Assembly: GCA_028695135.1 (NCBI GenBank) | Contig: JAQVJM010000005.1 | Location: 1 to 39,955, forward strand | DNA: 39,955 nt | Source: Candidatus Moraniibacteriota bacterium | GTDB lineage: Bacteria; Patescibacteriota; Minisyncoccia; Moranbacterales; UBA9337 | Direction: 5' to 3' | Shown here: positions 14,896 to 24,410 of the stretch, in pieces | Numbering within the stretch: the stretch's first letter is position 1 | Layout: each line of letters opens with the position of its first letter | The notes under the pieces: model-generated | Seen by the model: only the letters and a program-made list of their open reading frames with translations | Told to the model about the DNA's origin: nothing | Database searches by the model: none | Translations under genes and position numbers: made by a program

Positions 14896-16392
14896 CTAAA
14901 ATATTTCCAGTTTTCCGGTATAATATTCTACCGGAGCATAGTCGTCTGTTAGAATCGGAATATCATCTGCAATCTCGCCCTCCCATAAATTCTTTAGAAA
15001 TACATCCAATTCAGGATTTTCACTATTGAAATCGTACTTCTTTTCCGATTTAAGAGCGACCAGCATAATATTTTGGACCAAATTTTTATTCTTCGGATCA
15101 TTTACAGGAAACAGATAAACTTGCGGGAAAACACTTTTAAAAGTTGCGTACTCCGCTCTTAAAAATTTTCCTTTCTCGCCTTCAAGCGATGCAACTATGT
15201 TTACGATAACAACTCCTTCGGGATTCAGGACTTCATATTTTTTTTGGATCGCTTCCTTCGTAGTCAACTGATATGGGACGGAGTTGCCCGAACCGAACGC
15301 ATCGCCGAAAATCACATCATATTTTTCTTGCGTATCGTTCATGAATAAGCGGCCGTCCTCATGATATATCTTCAGCCTAGGATCTTCTTTCAATTTAAAA
15401 TATTTTTTTGCAAGATCGGTCACCTGTGGATCGATTTCAACGACATCAATCGTCGCATCGGAATATTTCGACAAAAAATCTTTAGGGTATGAATATCCGG
15501 CACCCCCTATCATCAAAGTTTTTTTAAAAAACGGATTAAAATGATCAGCCAAGTTATAATATTTAGTATATTCATTGGCTAAATCATCTCCGTCCAAAAA
15601 CATCGAGGATTGGTCTCCTTTATTGATCAGCATGGTTCTTACCATCCGACCGGACTTCGGATCCCGGTAATCATATATCCAGACACGATTATAATTCGTA
15701 TCCACATCTATAAGTCCTGATTCTTTCTCGGACAGACTGCCGAATCCGCCAACCGCAAATAATCCGGCTAAAACGAGAAGTAACGCAAGCAGTTTTTCTT
15801 TTAAAATATCTTTTCCGGAAAGGATAAATGAATTCAGAGTTAACGCAACGGTTAAAATGACTAACAGCTTGTCGGTTCCGAATTTAGGAATTAGATAGAA
15901 GCCGGATAAAAATGTCCCCGCTATGCTTCCCGTAGTTGAGATTGCGTAAAGATTCCCTACCGTCAAACCGGAATTATCCAGACTTTTAAGCTTAATCTTG
16001 GCGGCATAAGGAGAAACTATTCCCAAGGATATGCTTACGGGCAAAAACAGTAACAAGGAACTTAAAATCAATCCCGTCTTTCCAGAAAAAAATACGGTTT
16101 GCAATTCCACGATCAAGGGGTTTTTAATGAGCAGAGTTATGCCTATAAGAACGGCGGATAAAAAAATAATTCTGGAAAGACCTTTCAGCGTGGCTCTTTT
16201 ATCGGCGATTTTTCCACCTAGGTGATATCCCAGACTGAGTCCTCCCAGAATAATGCCTATCAAGCTGGTCCAAACAAATATTGAAGTTCCAAAATACGGA
16301 CCGAGCATCCTTGATCCGACAAGCTCGAATATCATCACTATTGCGCCGCACAGAAATACTGTCATTTCCAAAACATACTTTTGAATTTTCAT
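14896..16392 (-). CDS. Fused membrane / spermidine-synthase-like (polyamine aminopropyltransferase fold) protein
   Basis: The N-terminal part has about 7 TM helices. The C-terminal part is a class I methyltransferase/SpeE-like domain (TLMIGGAGYSYPKDF, DVVEIDPQV, DVIFGDAF). Confidence 0.75.
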   Translation of the reverse strand: MKIQKYVLEMTVFLCGAIVMIFELVGSRMLGPYFGTSIFVWTSLIGIILGGLSLGYHLGGKIADKRATLKGLSRIIFLSAVLIGITLLIKNPLIVELQTVFFSGKTGLILSSLLLFLPVSISLGIVSPYAAKIKLKSLDNSGLTVGNLYAISTTGSIAGTFLSGFYLIPKFGTDKLLVILTVALTLNSFILSGKDILKEKLLALLLVLAGLFAVGGFGSLSEKESGLIDVDTNYNRVWIYDYRDPKSGRMVRTMLINKGDQSSMFLDGDDLANEYTKYYNLADHFNPFFKKTLMIGGAGYSYPKDFLSKYSDATIDVVEIDPQVTDLAKKYFKLKEDPRLKIYHEDGRLFMNDTQEKYDVIFGDAFGSGNSVPYQLTTKEAIQKKYEVLNPEGVVIVNIVASLEGEKGKFLRAEYATFKSVFPQVYLFPVNDPKNKNLVQNIMLVALKSEKKYDFNSENPELDVFLKNLWEGEIADDIPILTDDYAPVEYYTGKLEIF

Positions 16393-16441
16393 CTGCGTGA
16401 TTGTTCTTAAATATCCGGAAAAACGGCTCGAAATTCCAATA

Positions 16442-17746
16442 TTAATCTTCTAACAACTCGATCGCTTTATCTAGCTGCGGATCGCGGTCATTTTCATAAT
16501 CTTCATCGCTAAGGTCCACTTCTATGTCCGGAGATATCCCTTTGTCGTTTATCTGCTCTCCGTTTGGCGTAAGCCATTTGGCAATAGTAATTTTTACCGA
16601 GGATCCCCCTTCCAGATCAATCAATTCTTGGACCGAGCCTTTGCCGAAAGACTGCTTGCCTACGATTGTCACGTTATCCCTATTGTCCCTGAGCGCTCCT
16701 GCTAAAATTTCTGAAGCGCTGGCGCTTCCTTCATTGATAAGGATGACCGTCTTCATTCCGCTCAACTTGTCTCCGCCTTTGGAAAAAGTTTTAATCTGGT
16801 TTCTTTTTTTATCTTCTTCTATGACAACCGTCTTCCCTCGGGGAAGCATCAGGCTAGCCATATCCACTGAAGCGTCCAAATAGCCTCCGGGGTTATTTCT
16901 CAAATCCAAAATTATTGCCTCGCTGTCGCTGGGTATTTTTCTGATTAAGTTTCTGAAGTCTCTGGCCGTGTCGTCCCCAAAACGGACGATGTTAAAGTAG
17001 GCTATATTTCCTTCTTTTATTTCAAAGGTTACGCTTTCCACCTTTATGACATCTCTGATAACCGAGACTTCCATGGTATCATTATTCTCGTCATTCCTAA
17101 AAATGGTAAGTTTGACTTCCGTTCCCTTTTCTCCGCGAATTTTTCCCACCGCTTCGTTTATGCTCATATCAATCGTAGATTCGCCATCGATTTTCAAAAC
17201 CTTGTCTCCCGCTCTCAGCCCGGATCTCTCCGCAGGAGAATCTCTCAGCGGAGCCACAACTGTCAGGACTCCCTGTTTAACACCCATCTCGGCTCCTATT
17301 CCTTCAAATTTTCCTTCAATATCTTCGCTGAATTCTCTGTTTTCTTCAGGATCCAAAAAAATAGTATAAGGATCTTCGGTTGCCCAAAGCATCCCTTTTA
17401 TAGAACTATACAGAAGTTCCCGGGAAGTTATTTCTTCCGCATCGACATATTTTTCGTAAAGCAAGTCCCAAACTTTCCAATACAGTGAAAAATCATCCGG
17501 CTCCTCATGTTCGGAATCCAGTTTTTCGATAAATCTGTTTTCCGGTCCTTGAAAATCGCGGCTCCTCCCCTGTCCCTTTTCGAATCCTATCCAAAAAGTC
17601 AACGAAAGAATGATAAAAACAGCCACCAATTTCAAATAATAATTCAAAACTTTGCTATTGCTGCGACTGTCAGACGATTTTTTTTCGTCTGTTCTTTCAC
17701 CAATATTTCCTTTTTCTTCTATATTATTCTCCATTTGTTTTTTCAA
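16442..17746 (-). CDS. S41 family C-terminal processing peptidase with a PDZ domain
   Basis: N-terminal TM anchor; PDZ motif SPAERSGLRAGDKVLKIDG; and the catalytic region ILDLRNNPGGYL ... GSASASEILAGAL. Confidence 0.9.
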   Translation of the reverse strand: MKKQMENNIEEKGNIGERTDEKKSSDSRSNSKVLNYYLKLVAVFIILSLTFWIGFEKGQGRSRDFQGPENRFIEKLDSEHEEPDDFSLYWKVWDLLYEKYVDAEEITSRELLYSSIKGMLWATEDPYTIFLDPEENREFSEDIEGKFEGIGAEMGVKQGVLTVVAPLRDSPAERSGLRAGDKVLKIDGESTIDMSINEAVGKIRGEKGTEVKLTIFRNDENNDTMEVSVIRDVIKVESVTFEIKEGNIAYFNIVRFGDDTARDFRNLIRKIPSDSEAIILDLRNNPGGYLDASVDMASLMLPRGKTVVIEEDKKRNQIKTFSKGGDKLSGMKTVILINEGSASASEILAGALRDNRDNVTIVGKQSFGKGSVQELIDLEGGSSVKITIAKWLTPNGEQINDKGISPDIEVDLSDEDYENDRDPQLDKAIELLED

Positions 17747-18563
17747 AAATTTTTCTCGGATTGGGTTTTCCCAAATATTTCTTGAAATATTTTAAGGCGC
17801 TCACAATATGTATCCATGTGAGCCGGTTGAACATCACTGATTTCAACAATCCGCTCTTTCCGCTTCCCTTTCCATGATAATGAAGCATTATCGCTTCAGG
17901 AACATAAACCACCCTTAGGCCATTCTCCCAAAATCTGCGGCACCAGTCAACATCTTCCATATACATAAAAAATTGCGGATCCATATATCCCACTTTCTCT
18001 ACAGCACTCCGGGGCATCATCATGGCCGAACCCATTATCCAATCCACTCCCTCCGGATCTTTATGATCATAATCTTCCATCAAGAATTCTCCCAAATGCT
18101 TTTTGGCAAACCACATCTTTCCCAAAAAAGTTCTCCTATAAATTATAGTTATCGGCTTATAATATCGGAAGCAAGAAGCTTGAAATTTTCCGTTAAAACT
18201 GAGAAGCTTCGGTCCCACCAGGCCGACTGAAGGATTTTTTTTGATATACTCAAGAAGTTTTTCAACTGAATTTTCTTTGATTATAATATCTCCGTTCAGA
18301 ATAAGCAGAAACTTCGCCTCGCTCTCTTCTATGCCTTTTTTAACCAAACTTTGGAATCCGACATTCTTCTTAAAAGAAAAGAATTTATCATTCGGAAAAT
18401 GTTCTCGCATCATCATTTCCGTATCTTCCTCCGTGGCGCTATCAACAACAATAAGCTCATAGTCTATGTCTTTTGCATTTTTTTTAATCGAGTCCAAGCA
18501 TATCCTGAGAAGCTCGGGATTTTTATAGCTTGTGACTATGATTGACAATTCCGGACTATTCAT
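17724..18563 (-). CDS. Glycosyltransferase family 2
   Basis: LSIIVTSYKNPELLRICLDS, VVDSATEEDT and the later DVDWCRR motif are typical of GT2 (rhamnosyltransferase-like) enzymes. The ORF overlaps the S41 protease start by 23 nt. Confidence 0.8.
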   Translation of the reverse strand: MNSPELSIIVTSYKNPELLRICLDSIKKNAKDIDYELIVVDSATEEDTEMMMREHFPNDKFFSFKKNVGFQSLVKKGIEESEAKFLLILNGDIIIKENSVEKLLEYIKKNPSVGLVGPKLLSFNGKFQASCFRYYKPITIIYRRTFLGKMWFAKKHLGEFLMEDYDHKDPEGVDWIMGSAMMMPRSAVEKVGYMDPQFFMYMEDVDWCRRFWENGLRVVYVPEAIMLHYHGKGSGKSGLLKSVMFNRLTWIHIVSALKYFKKYLGKPNPRKIFEKTNGE

Positions 18564-18635
18564 TTGTTTTCGTTAATATTTTGGCGCTTTTGGAAAAGCG
18601 CCAAAGACAAAATCAAAATTCAATAAAACAAAAAA

Positions 18636-19784
18636 TCAATTCAAAATTTGCAAAAACATTTCCTTTATTCTGTCGTAATTTCCTCCTCTGGGAAGAAGTA
18701 TATATCCGACTTCTGGAGGATAATCGGTAGGACTATATAATAATCCTTCTTCAGTATTTTCCAAAACTTTTTGTCTCATATCAATATTTGATCCTTCCGC
18801 AGTTATTTCTCCATATAAATCCAAAAGTCGCTTGATTTCCCATCCCTCCAAATCTGTTCTGGCATTATTGCCCAGGCTATCCAAAATATCATTAATAGTG
18901 CCTATACTGGCAAGTGTTCCCAGGCTTAAAGCTTTATTTTTTATCTCTTGAATAACTTGCTGTTGCCTTCTGGCGCGATCAAAATCATTGGAAGTTACCC
19001 TTGAGCGGACATAGCAAAGCGCATTTTCTCCATCCAGATGCACATCTCCCGCCGGAAGAGTAAAATTTCCTCCGCACTCTTCATTCTTGTTATAGCAAAG
19101 CGGATATTTAGCCACGATCTTTCCTCTCTCATTTTTCTTTACCTGGTATTCTCCCGTAGGAACGGTAAATACTCCTCCGTTGTTTCCATCGCAAACATGA
19201 GCTTCATGAAACTGGAGGGGTTCGGAAAACGGCTGATCCAAGTGAATGTCTATTCCTCCAAGGGCATCTACCAACTGTTCAAATCCGGCAAAATTTATGG
19301 CTATCGCATAATGGATAGGTTGTCCGGAAATATCTCCCACCACCTGCTTCATATATCCCATTCCTCCTTTTCCTCTTTCCTTCTCTTCTCCATAAAAATA
19401 GACGGCGTTGATCTTTTGCCGGCTCTCTGTTCCGGGAACATTAACATATAAGTCACGCGGGATGGAAACCATGGACACCCTCTTTAATTCTGGATTTATG
19501 CTAACCACCATTATCGTATCGGATAGGAGTCCTCCGCCAGGGACATTTTCCCCGCGCATTCCCAAAAGCAATATATTTATCCTACCCTCATCCTCTCCTT
19601 TCAATTCATCGGCTATCCCAGGAATTGATTTGGCGATACTGCTTAAAAGCCCTCCTTCGCTGGAAATTTTATTCAGCACACTTCCGGCCTTCCAAAAGAT
19701 CAATCCGACAATGATAAAAATTAAGACCAAGCCTCCTATGATCACTCTTTTTTTTGTTATCATCCCTTCTTTTATAAACTCCAT
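18636..19784 (-). CDS. LCP family (LytR-CpsA-Psr) cell-wall glycopolymer ligase
   Basis: N-terminal TM helix; INILLLGMRG....GLLSDTIMVVSINPELKRVSMVSIPRDLYV; and DGENALCYVRSR. A Cys-containing insertion of about 55 aa precedes the last motif. Confidence 0.85.
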   Translation of the reverse strand: MEFIKEGMITKKRVIIGGLVLIFIIVGLIFWKAGSVLNKISSEGGLLSSIAKSIPGIADELKGEDEGRINILLLGMRGENVPGGGLLSDTIMVVSINPELKRVSMVSIPRDLYVNVPGTESRQKINAVYFYGEEKERGKGGMGYMKQVVGDISGQPIHYAIAINFAGFEQLVDALGGIDIHLDQPFSEPLQFHEAHVCDGNNGGVFTVPTGEYQVKKNERGKIVAKYPLCYNKNEECGGNFTLPAGDVHLDGENALCYVRSRVTSNDFDRARRQQQVIQEIKNKALSLGTLASIGTINDILDSLGNNARTDLEGWEIKRLLDLYGEITAEGSNIDMRQKVLENTEEGLLYSPTDYPPEVGYILLPRGGNYDRIKEMFLQILN

Positions 19785-19810
19785 ATTTTTTTGAAAAAAT
19801 AAAAAATAAA

Positions 19811-20950
19811 TTACTTCAATGATTTATATATTTCCAATAATTTTTTAGCCGATTTTTCCCAAGAAAAAAAATTGACCCTGGCGTTTTCCAGGCCAATCAA
19901 TCTGTTTCTTAGATTTTCATCCACGCATATATTATATAGTTTTTTTTTCAAATCATCAAGACTATAAGGATCGAAATATAAGGCCGCGTCTCCAGCCACT
20001 TCCCTATGGGGAGGTATGTCGGAAGCCAATACTGCAACTCTACGGCTCATTGCTTCAAGGATAGGTATGCCAAATCCTTCATAAAGAGACGGAAAAATAA
20101 ATACCGTAGAGATTGAATAAATGACTGATTTATCTTCCTCGCTTATAAATCCGCAGAAAGTTATATCTTCTCCTGTCAGTTTGTATCTATTGATCGCATC
20201 GTCAATTTTATCGTCGAAATTATGGGCTTTTTTATCTCCGGCAATTACCAGTTTTATGTCGGGAATCTTATTTTTTATTTCTGCATAAGTTCTTATCAAA
20301 ATGGGTATATTTTTTCTTGGCTGCAGGGTTCCTAGATATAGAATAAATTTTTCAGGAAGACCGTACTTTTTTCTTAGAAATCTTGCTTTATGCTCATTGA
20401 CCTCTACATCTTTTATATTTATGGAATTGTAAATAACCCCTACCTTTTTTTCATTCGTTCCATAATATCTCAATATCTCGTCTTTTGTAAATTGGCTGAC
20501 TGCGACTATTTTGTCCGCTCTTTTGATGCTCTTAGGAATCAACAAATCCAGAAAAAACAAATCTTTTTTCATAATCATATCTCGATAAACTTTGAAGGAA
20601 ACATCATGGATGTGTGTCACAACCTTAATATCTTTAGGGATAAAAAATGGAAGGATATATTCCGTATGAAAAATATCCAGCCTATTTTTTCGCATGAAAA
20701 TAGGCATCGTCCATCCTGCCCAGATAAATTTGTTTTTCGCTTTTAAGGAAACAACTTTGACATTGCTTTTTCCTTCCAGTTCAAGATTTTTTCTGACATA
20801 GTCTAAAACTGATTTCTCATCAGTATCGGTTAACAAAAGATATTCATTTTCTCTGTCGATTTTTAGGATATTTTTGGTCAATTCCAAAACAACAACCTCG
20901 CTGCCTGTTCTTTGCTTTCCTATGTTCCTTATGTCTATGCCTATTTTCAT
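19811..20950 (-). CDS. Glycosyltransferase family 4
   Basis: C-terminal YEGFGIPILEAMSRRVAVLASDIPPHREV (E-x7-E) and a GT-B layout. Confidence 0.85.
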   Translation of the reverse strand: MKIGIDIRNIGKQRTGSEVVVLELTKNILKIDRENEYLLLTDTDEKSVLDYVRKNLELEGKSNVKVVSLKAKNKFIWAGWTMPIFMRKNRLDIFHTEYILPFFIPKDIKVVTHIHDVSFKVYRDMIMKKDLFFLDLLIPKSIKRADKIVAVSQFTKDEILRYYGTNEKKVGVIYNSINIKDVEVNEHKARFLRKKYGLPEKFILYLGTLQPRKNIPILIRTYAEIKNKIPDIKLVIAGDKKAHNFDDKIDDAINRYKLTGEDITFCGFISEEDKSVIYSISTVFIFPSLYEGFGIPILEAMSRRVAVLASDIPPHREVAGDAALYFDPYSLDDLKKKLYNICVDENLRNRLIGLENARVNFFSWEKSAKKLLEIYKSLK

Positions 20951-21039
20951 TTGACTTTTCTGTCTTGCGTGTTAATCTCAATTAAATAAATCCTACCTTA
21001 AAAATAAGGCAAAATCAATCTATATGGCAAGGAGGGAAA

Positions 21040-21099
21040 ATGAAATATCTATTCGTACGCAAGATTCCCAAGGATGGAAACGGGAGGGAATTCAAATAG
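21040..21099 (+). CDS. 19-codon SD-led mini-ORF (MKYLFVRKIPKDGNGREFK) overlapping the next ORF
   Basis: An AAGGAGGG SD lies 3 nt before the ATG. A TTGACT-16-TAATCT promoter candidate sits at 20951-20978. This may instead be the true N-terminus of the following ORF, disrupted by or requiring a +1 frameshift. Confidence 0.3.
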   Translation: MKYLFVRKIPKDGNGREFK

Positions 21100-21268
21100 A
21101 ACATTGCTAGTTTGCCTATCCTGTCATAAACCCCTCGGCTATGAGACGAGAAGCGGATGGCGCGCATGTCAAAACTGCATATCATTTTTTTATTGCGAAA
21201 GAAGGAAAGATGCGGACGGACCGGATCGGCCAGTTATTTGTCCCATCTGCGAACTGAGTAACAGATGA
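21074..21268 (+). CDS. Hypothetical Cys-rich (zinc-ribbon-like) small protein, 64 aa
   Basis: CxxC pairs are present (CLSC, CQNC, CPIC). The sequence is GC-richer than its surroundings. The ATG has no SD of its own. A terminator follows. Confidence 0.4.
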   Translation: METGGNSNRTLLVCLSCHKPLGYETRSGWRACQNCISFFYCERRKDADGPDRPVICPICELSNR

Positions 21269-21305
21269 TCGGGAAATATTTTATGCGCACAAAAAATGTT
21301 TCCCC

Positions 21306-21351
21306 AAAAACTCGTCCGGGAAAAATTAAGTTTTCCAAGACGAGTTTTTTT
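21306..21351. terminator. Bidirectional terminator between convergent genes
   Basis: AAAAACTCGTC-loop-GACGAGTTTTTTT, with A and T runs on both sides. Confidence 0.65.
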
Positions 21352-22894
21352 ATTCTTTAATTTGGCTTATTGCCAGCCAAAACCACAAAAATCCGAGCAT
21401 TATTCCGGCATTAAACAGATTGGGAATCAAAATGGCCGCCAAACTTAATTGCAGAAACAATTTCCATTCTTTATCTGCCTTAAGGGACCTGTAAAAAATA
21501 TTTCCTAAAAATACCAAAAAGGCAATCAGTCCGATTATTCCCGCGCCCAACCATACTTCCAAAAATATGTTGCTCGAATTGAGTCCCGATCCTCTCTCAT
21601 CCGTTCCCAAAACACCGGAGATATTTCCCCATCCGATTCCAAGCACAGGGCTGTTCTTTATCTCATTTAATGATTTTTCATATATTTCTTTTCTGATGCT
21701 CACATTGGGATCATCCCTGTAGGCTCTGGTAATCACGCGCCCTTCGGATTTTTCTCTTTCGACATCTTCTAGATCTATATGTCTGCAATTAAACTCGCTC
21801 AGTTGCGATAATCTTACGATCGATCTAGGCACATCGCTTCCTCTGTCGCAAGAAACGGTAATCTCCTGATTTCCGCTTCCGGTGCTCTGCAGGCGATTAA
21901 ACAGCTCAAAATTCGTAAGATTTAAGATATACACAAGCGCCAGGCTTAAGATTATGCCCGACAAAACCATCCCCAGCATCTTGTATTCTCTTTCTTTTAA
22001 TACATAAAAAGAAAAAATCGCAAATACCGCTCCCGCTCCCAACCAGGCGCTCCGAGAAACTGTAATGATCAATGCAAGAGTGGAAAAAATTATCATCAGC
22101 CAGACAAAGATGGCCTCGATAAGTCTGCCGATCCGATATTTTATTTCATAAAAATCAATATTCTTGTAAAAATTATAAGCTATCGGATAAAGCGCGCTGA
22201 GGAGAAAAACCAGAAATATTCCCAGCCAATCCGCTTCAGTAAATGTTCCGTTAGGCCTTCCGGGCATCGTCTCGAAGTGGCTTTTGCCGCGGATAAATCT
22301 CCAATTTTGCCAAACGCTGTAAAGAACTACGACAAAAGACGAGCTTAGAAAAAACGGCAGGATTTTTTTTATATCTCTTGAGTTTTGAATAAATGTTCGG
22401 GAAAAAACATATATGCCAAAAAGTGAAATTATAACTGCCGACTGCTTGAATGCCAGCATCTTATCATCAGCTGAAAGAGCGCTTGCAAATCCGCTCAAAG
22501 CAAGCATCGCCAGCGCCCAGTCGCTCCAGCAAATCTTTGGCAGATCGAAATTGAGTCTCTTGGAAAATAATCTCACACCTATCGCTATAAGTCCCAAGGC
22601 GCCCAAAATCTGATATGGACGCATTTTTATGCCCGTTTCTTCGGGAGACAGACTTACGGTTTCCAAAATTATAAAACCGGCAAAGAACAAAAATGTCCAC
22701 CCCGGCCGATACAGAGCAAAAAGAAAAGCGATGAGAAGCAAAAAGATGAAATCGCCCGGATTCTTTAAAGGAAGCAGTCCTAAATTAAAACATGCTATAG
22801 AAAAAATAATCAAAAAAACATTGGACAGAAGCAGGTAATTCTTCAGATTTATTTTTTCTTTCGCGATTCTGATTATATTTTTTGACATCAGCAT
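21350..22894 (-). CDS. O-antigen ligase / Wzy-like polymerase family membrane protein
   Basis: More than 10 TM helices. A VSRSAWLGAGAV motif (Wzy_C-like) is present, with a large extracytoplasmic loop after it. Confidence 0.65.
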   Translation of the reverse strand: MLMSKNIIRIAKEKINLKNYLLLSNVFLIIFSIACFNLGLLPLKNPGDFIFLLLIAFLFALYRPGWTFLFFAGFIILETVSLSPEETGIKMRPYQILGALGLIAIGVRLFSKRLNFDLPKICWSDWALAMLALSGFASALSADDKMLAFKQSAVIISLFGIYVFSRTFIQNSRDIKKILPFFLSSSFVVVLYSVWQNWRFIRGKSHFETMPGRPNGTFTEADWLGIFLVFLLSALYPIAYNFYKNIDFYEIKYRIGRLIEAIFVWLMIIFSTLALIITVSRSAWLGAGAVFAIFSFYVLKEREYKMLGMVLSGIILSLALVYILNLTNFELFNRLQSTGSGNQEITVSCDRGSDVPRSIVRLSQLSEFNCRHIDLEDVEREKSEGRVITRAYRDDPNVSIRKEIYEKSLNEIKNSPVLGIGWGNISGVLGTDERGSGLNSSNIFLEVWLGAGIIGLIAFLVFLGNIFYRSLKADKEWKLFLQLSLAAILIPNLFNAGIMLGFLWFWLAISQIKE

Positions 22895-22979
22895 AAAATT
22901 TCAATAAAATATATCTTGGCTCTTCGTATATTATAAATAATCGGCAACCTATATACAAATTAAATTATGGGAGATCGGC

Positions 22980-23162
22980 ATGGAAAATTACAATAAAGTG
23001 ATCAACAGTCTTGTCAGCGCCGTCAATTTTTTGAGAAATTACGACAACCTCTGCCAAATCATACCTTCGGCCAAAAAAATAAATATGGCTTCCGCTGAAG
23101 ATCGCCAAGGATTGGAAGAAATTCTCAAGGAGAAGCTCAGGGAAAACGGCTATTTCATTTAG
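22980..23162 (+). CDS. Hypothetical small protein (60 aa)
   Basis: A GGGAG SD lies 6 nt upstream of the ATG. A GC-rich hairpin at 23193-23219 follows. There is no recognisable domain. Confidence 0.4.
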   Translation: MENYNKVINSLVSAVNFLRNYDNLCQIIPSAKKINMASAEDRQGLEEILKEKLRENGYFI

Positions 23163-23223
23163 CCGTAGCCGATATTCGGACCGATTAGACTTGCCGGCAA
23201 CCGCGATGCGGTTTCCGGCTTTA

Positions 23224-24327
23224 TCATTTTATAAATTCTTCCCAAGAAAATTTTTTGGCCTGCTCCCGACCTTTTTCTATAAGCTTGTTTCTCAAATATT
23301 CATCGAATAAAATTTCATCCATTTTTTTCGCTATATCGACAGGATCTTCGGGATCGAAATAACTCACCGCCTCCCCTCCCACTTCCGGAATAGAACTCGC
23401 TCCTGAAGCAGCAATAGGAACCCCGCAATTCATGGCTTCCAAAATCGGAAGGCCGAATCCTTCGTAAAAAGAAGGGTAGACAAAAAGTTTGGCATTCTTA
23501 TATAGAGCCGGCATATCCTCTTGGGGAACAAAATCTAAAAATTTTATTTTTCCCCCGACTTTCAATCCTTTGGCGATTTTTTCCACATCCGTTATCAGAG
23601 GGGACATCTCTGGCATAAGTTTTCCGGAAATCACCAGTTCGGGAATATTTTTTTCTTTTTTCAAAAGCCAGGCGTAAGCCTCGATCAAACCGCCGACATT
23701 TTTTCTCCTGTCTAATCCGCCCGCATTATAAATATATCCTGGGCTTAAATCATATTTTTTCAGAATATACCGGCTCTCTTCTTCGGGAATCTCTCTTTTA
23801 TAAATGCTGTCCACATCGATATAGCGAACTTCTATTTTTTCCTTGGAAATATTGAGATAATCAGCCAAATCTCTCTTAGTGTGTTTTGAGATAGCTATTA
23901 TTTTGTCCGCTTTTTTTATAGCGTTTTCCGTAAGTTTCCAATATACTTTTTTGCGAAAATTATTGAGATAGGCGGGAAAAAGTTTGGGAATTATGTCATG
24001 GACGATCATGGTATGATTTATTCTCTTGGAAAAAACAGCAGGACATTGATAGATGCTTAAAAATTCATCGCATTTATCTTTTTCGGCCATTCTGGGGAGA
24101 GATATTTTTTCCCACCAGATTTTTCTGATCAGGTCGTCTCTTTTGTAAAAAGGCAAAAAAACCCGCTTCTTAAAATCCGAAAAATCAAATTCCAGATCTT
24201 CTTCAAAATACAAAATATATTTTTTCTCTCCGCGTTTTTTTCTCAACGCCTTCAAATAGTTGACCGTTACCTGGCCCAATCCGGTATTAAATTTTCTCGC
24301 AAAAGATGCGTTTATTCCAGTTATCAT
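23224..24327 (-). CDS. Glycosyltransferase family 4
   Basis: YEGFGLPILEAMNCGVPIAASGASSIPEV (E-x7-E) and a GT-B layout. Confidence 0.85.
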   Translation of the reverse strand: MITGINASFARKFNTGLGQVTVNYLKALRKKRGEKKYILYFEEDLEFDFSDFKKRVFLPFYKRDDLIRKIWWEKISLPRMAEKDKCDEFLSIYQCPAVFSKRINHTMIVHDIIPKLFPAYLNNFRKKVYWKLTENAIKKADKIIAISKHTKRDLADYLNISKEKIEVRYIDVDSIYKREIPEEESRYILKKYDLSPGYIYNAGGLDRRKNVGGLIEAYAWLLKKEKNIPELVISGKLMPEMSPLITDVEKIAKGLKVGGKIKFLDFVPQEDMPALYKNAKLFVYPSFYEGFGLPILEAMNCGVPIAASGASSIPEVGGEAVSYFDPEDPVDIAKKMDEILFDEYLRNKLIEKGREQAKKFSWEEFIK

Positions 24328-24333
24328 GACTCA

Positions 24334-24362
24334 ATGATAACATTAACATCATCTATTTGAAA
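24334..24362 (-). promoter_or_regulatory. Promoter TTTCAA-17-TATCAT, 6 nt upstream of the GT4 ATG (leaderless-type layout)
   Basis: On the minus strand, the -10 box is at 24334-24339 and the ATG at 24325-24327. Confidence 0.4.
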
Positions 24363-24375
24363 GCCCTTCTTATCA

Positions 24376-24403
24376 TTGACTAATCTCGGACGCTGAATAA
24401 TAA
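24376..24403 (+). promoter_or_regulatory. Promoter TTGACT-16-TAATAA, 7 nt upstream of the dus ATG (leaderless-type layout)
   Basis: The -35 box is at 24376-24381, the -10 box at 24398-24403, and the ATG at 24411. Confidence 0.4.
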
Positions 24404-24410
24404 TTTTAAT

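Noticed and set aside
18581-18604. The hairpin TTGGCGCTTTT-GG-AAAAGCGCCAA between the LCP and GT2 genes, considered as a terminator.
   Set aside because: The stem is good, but no T-run follows in either orientation. The flanking genes are co-oriented and probably co-transcribed, so it is not listed as a terminator feature.
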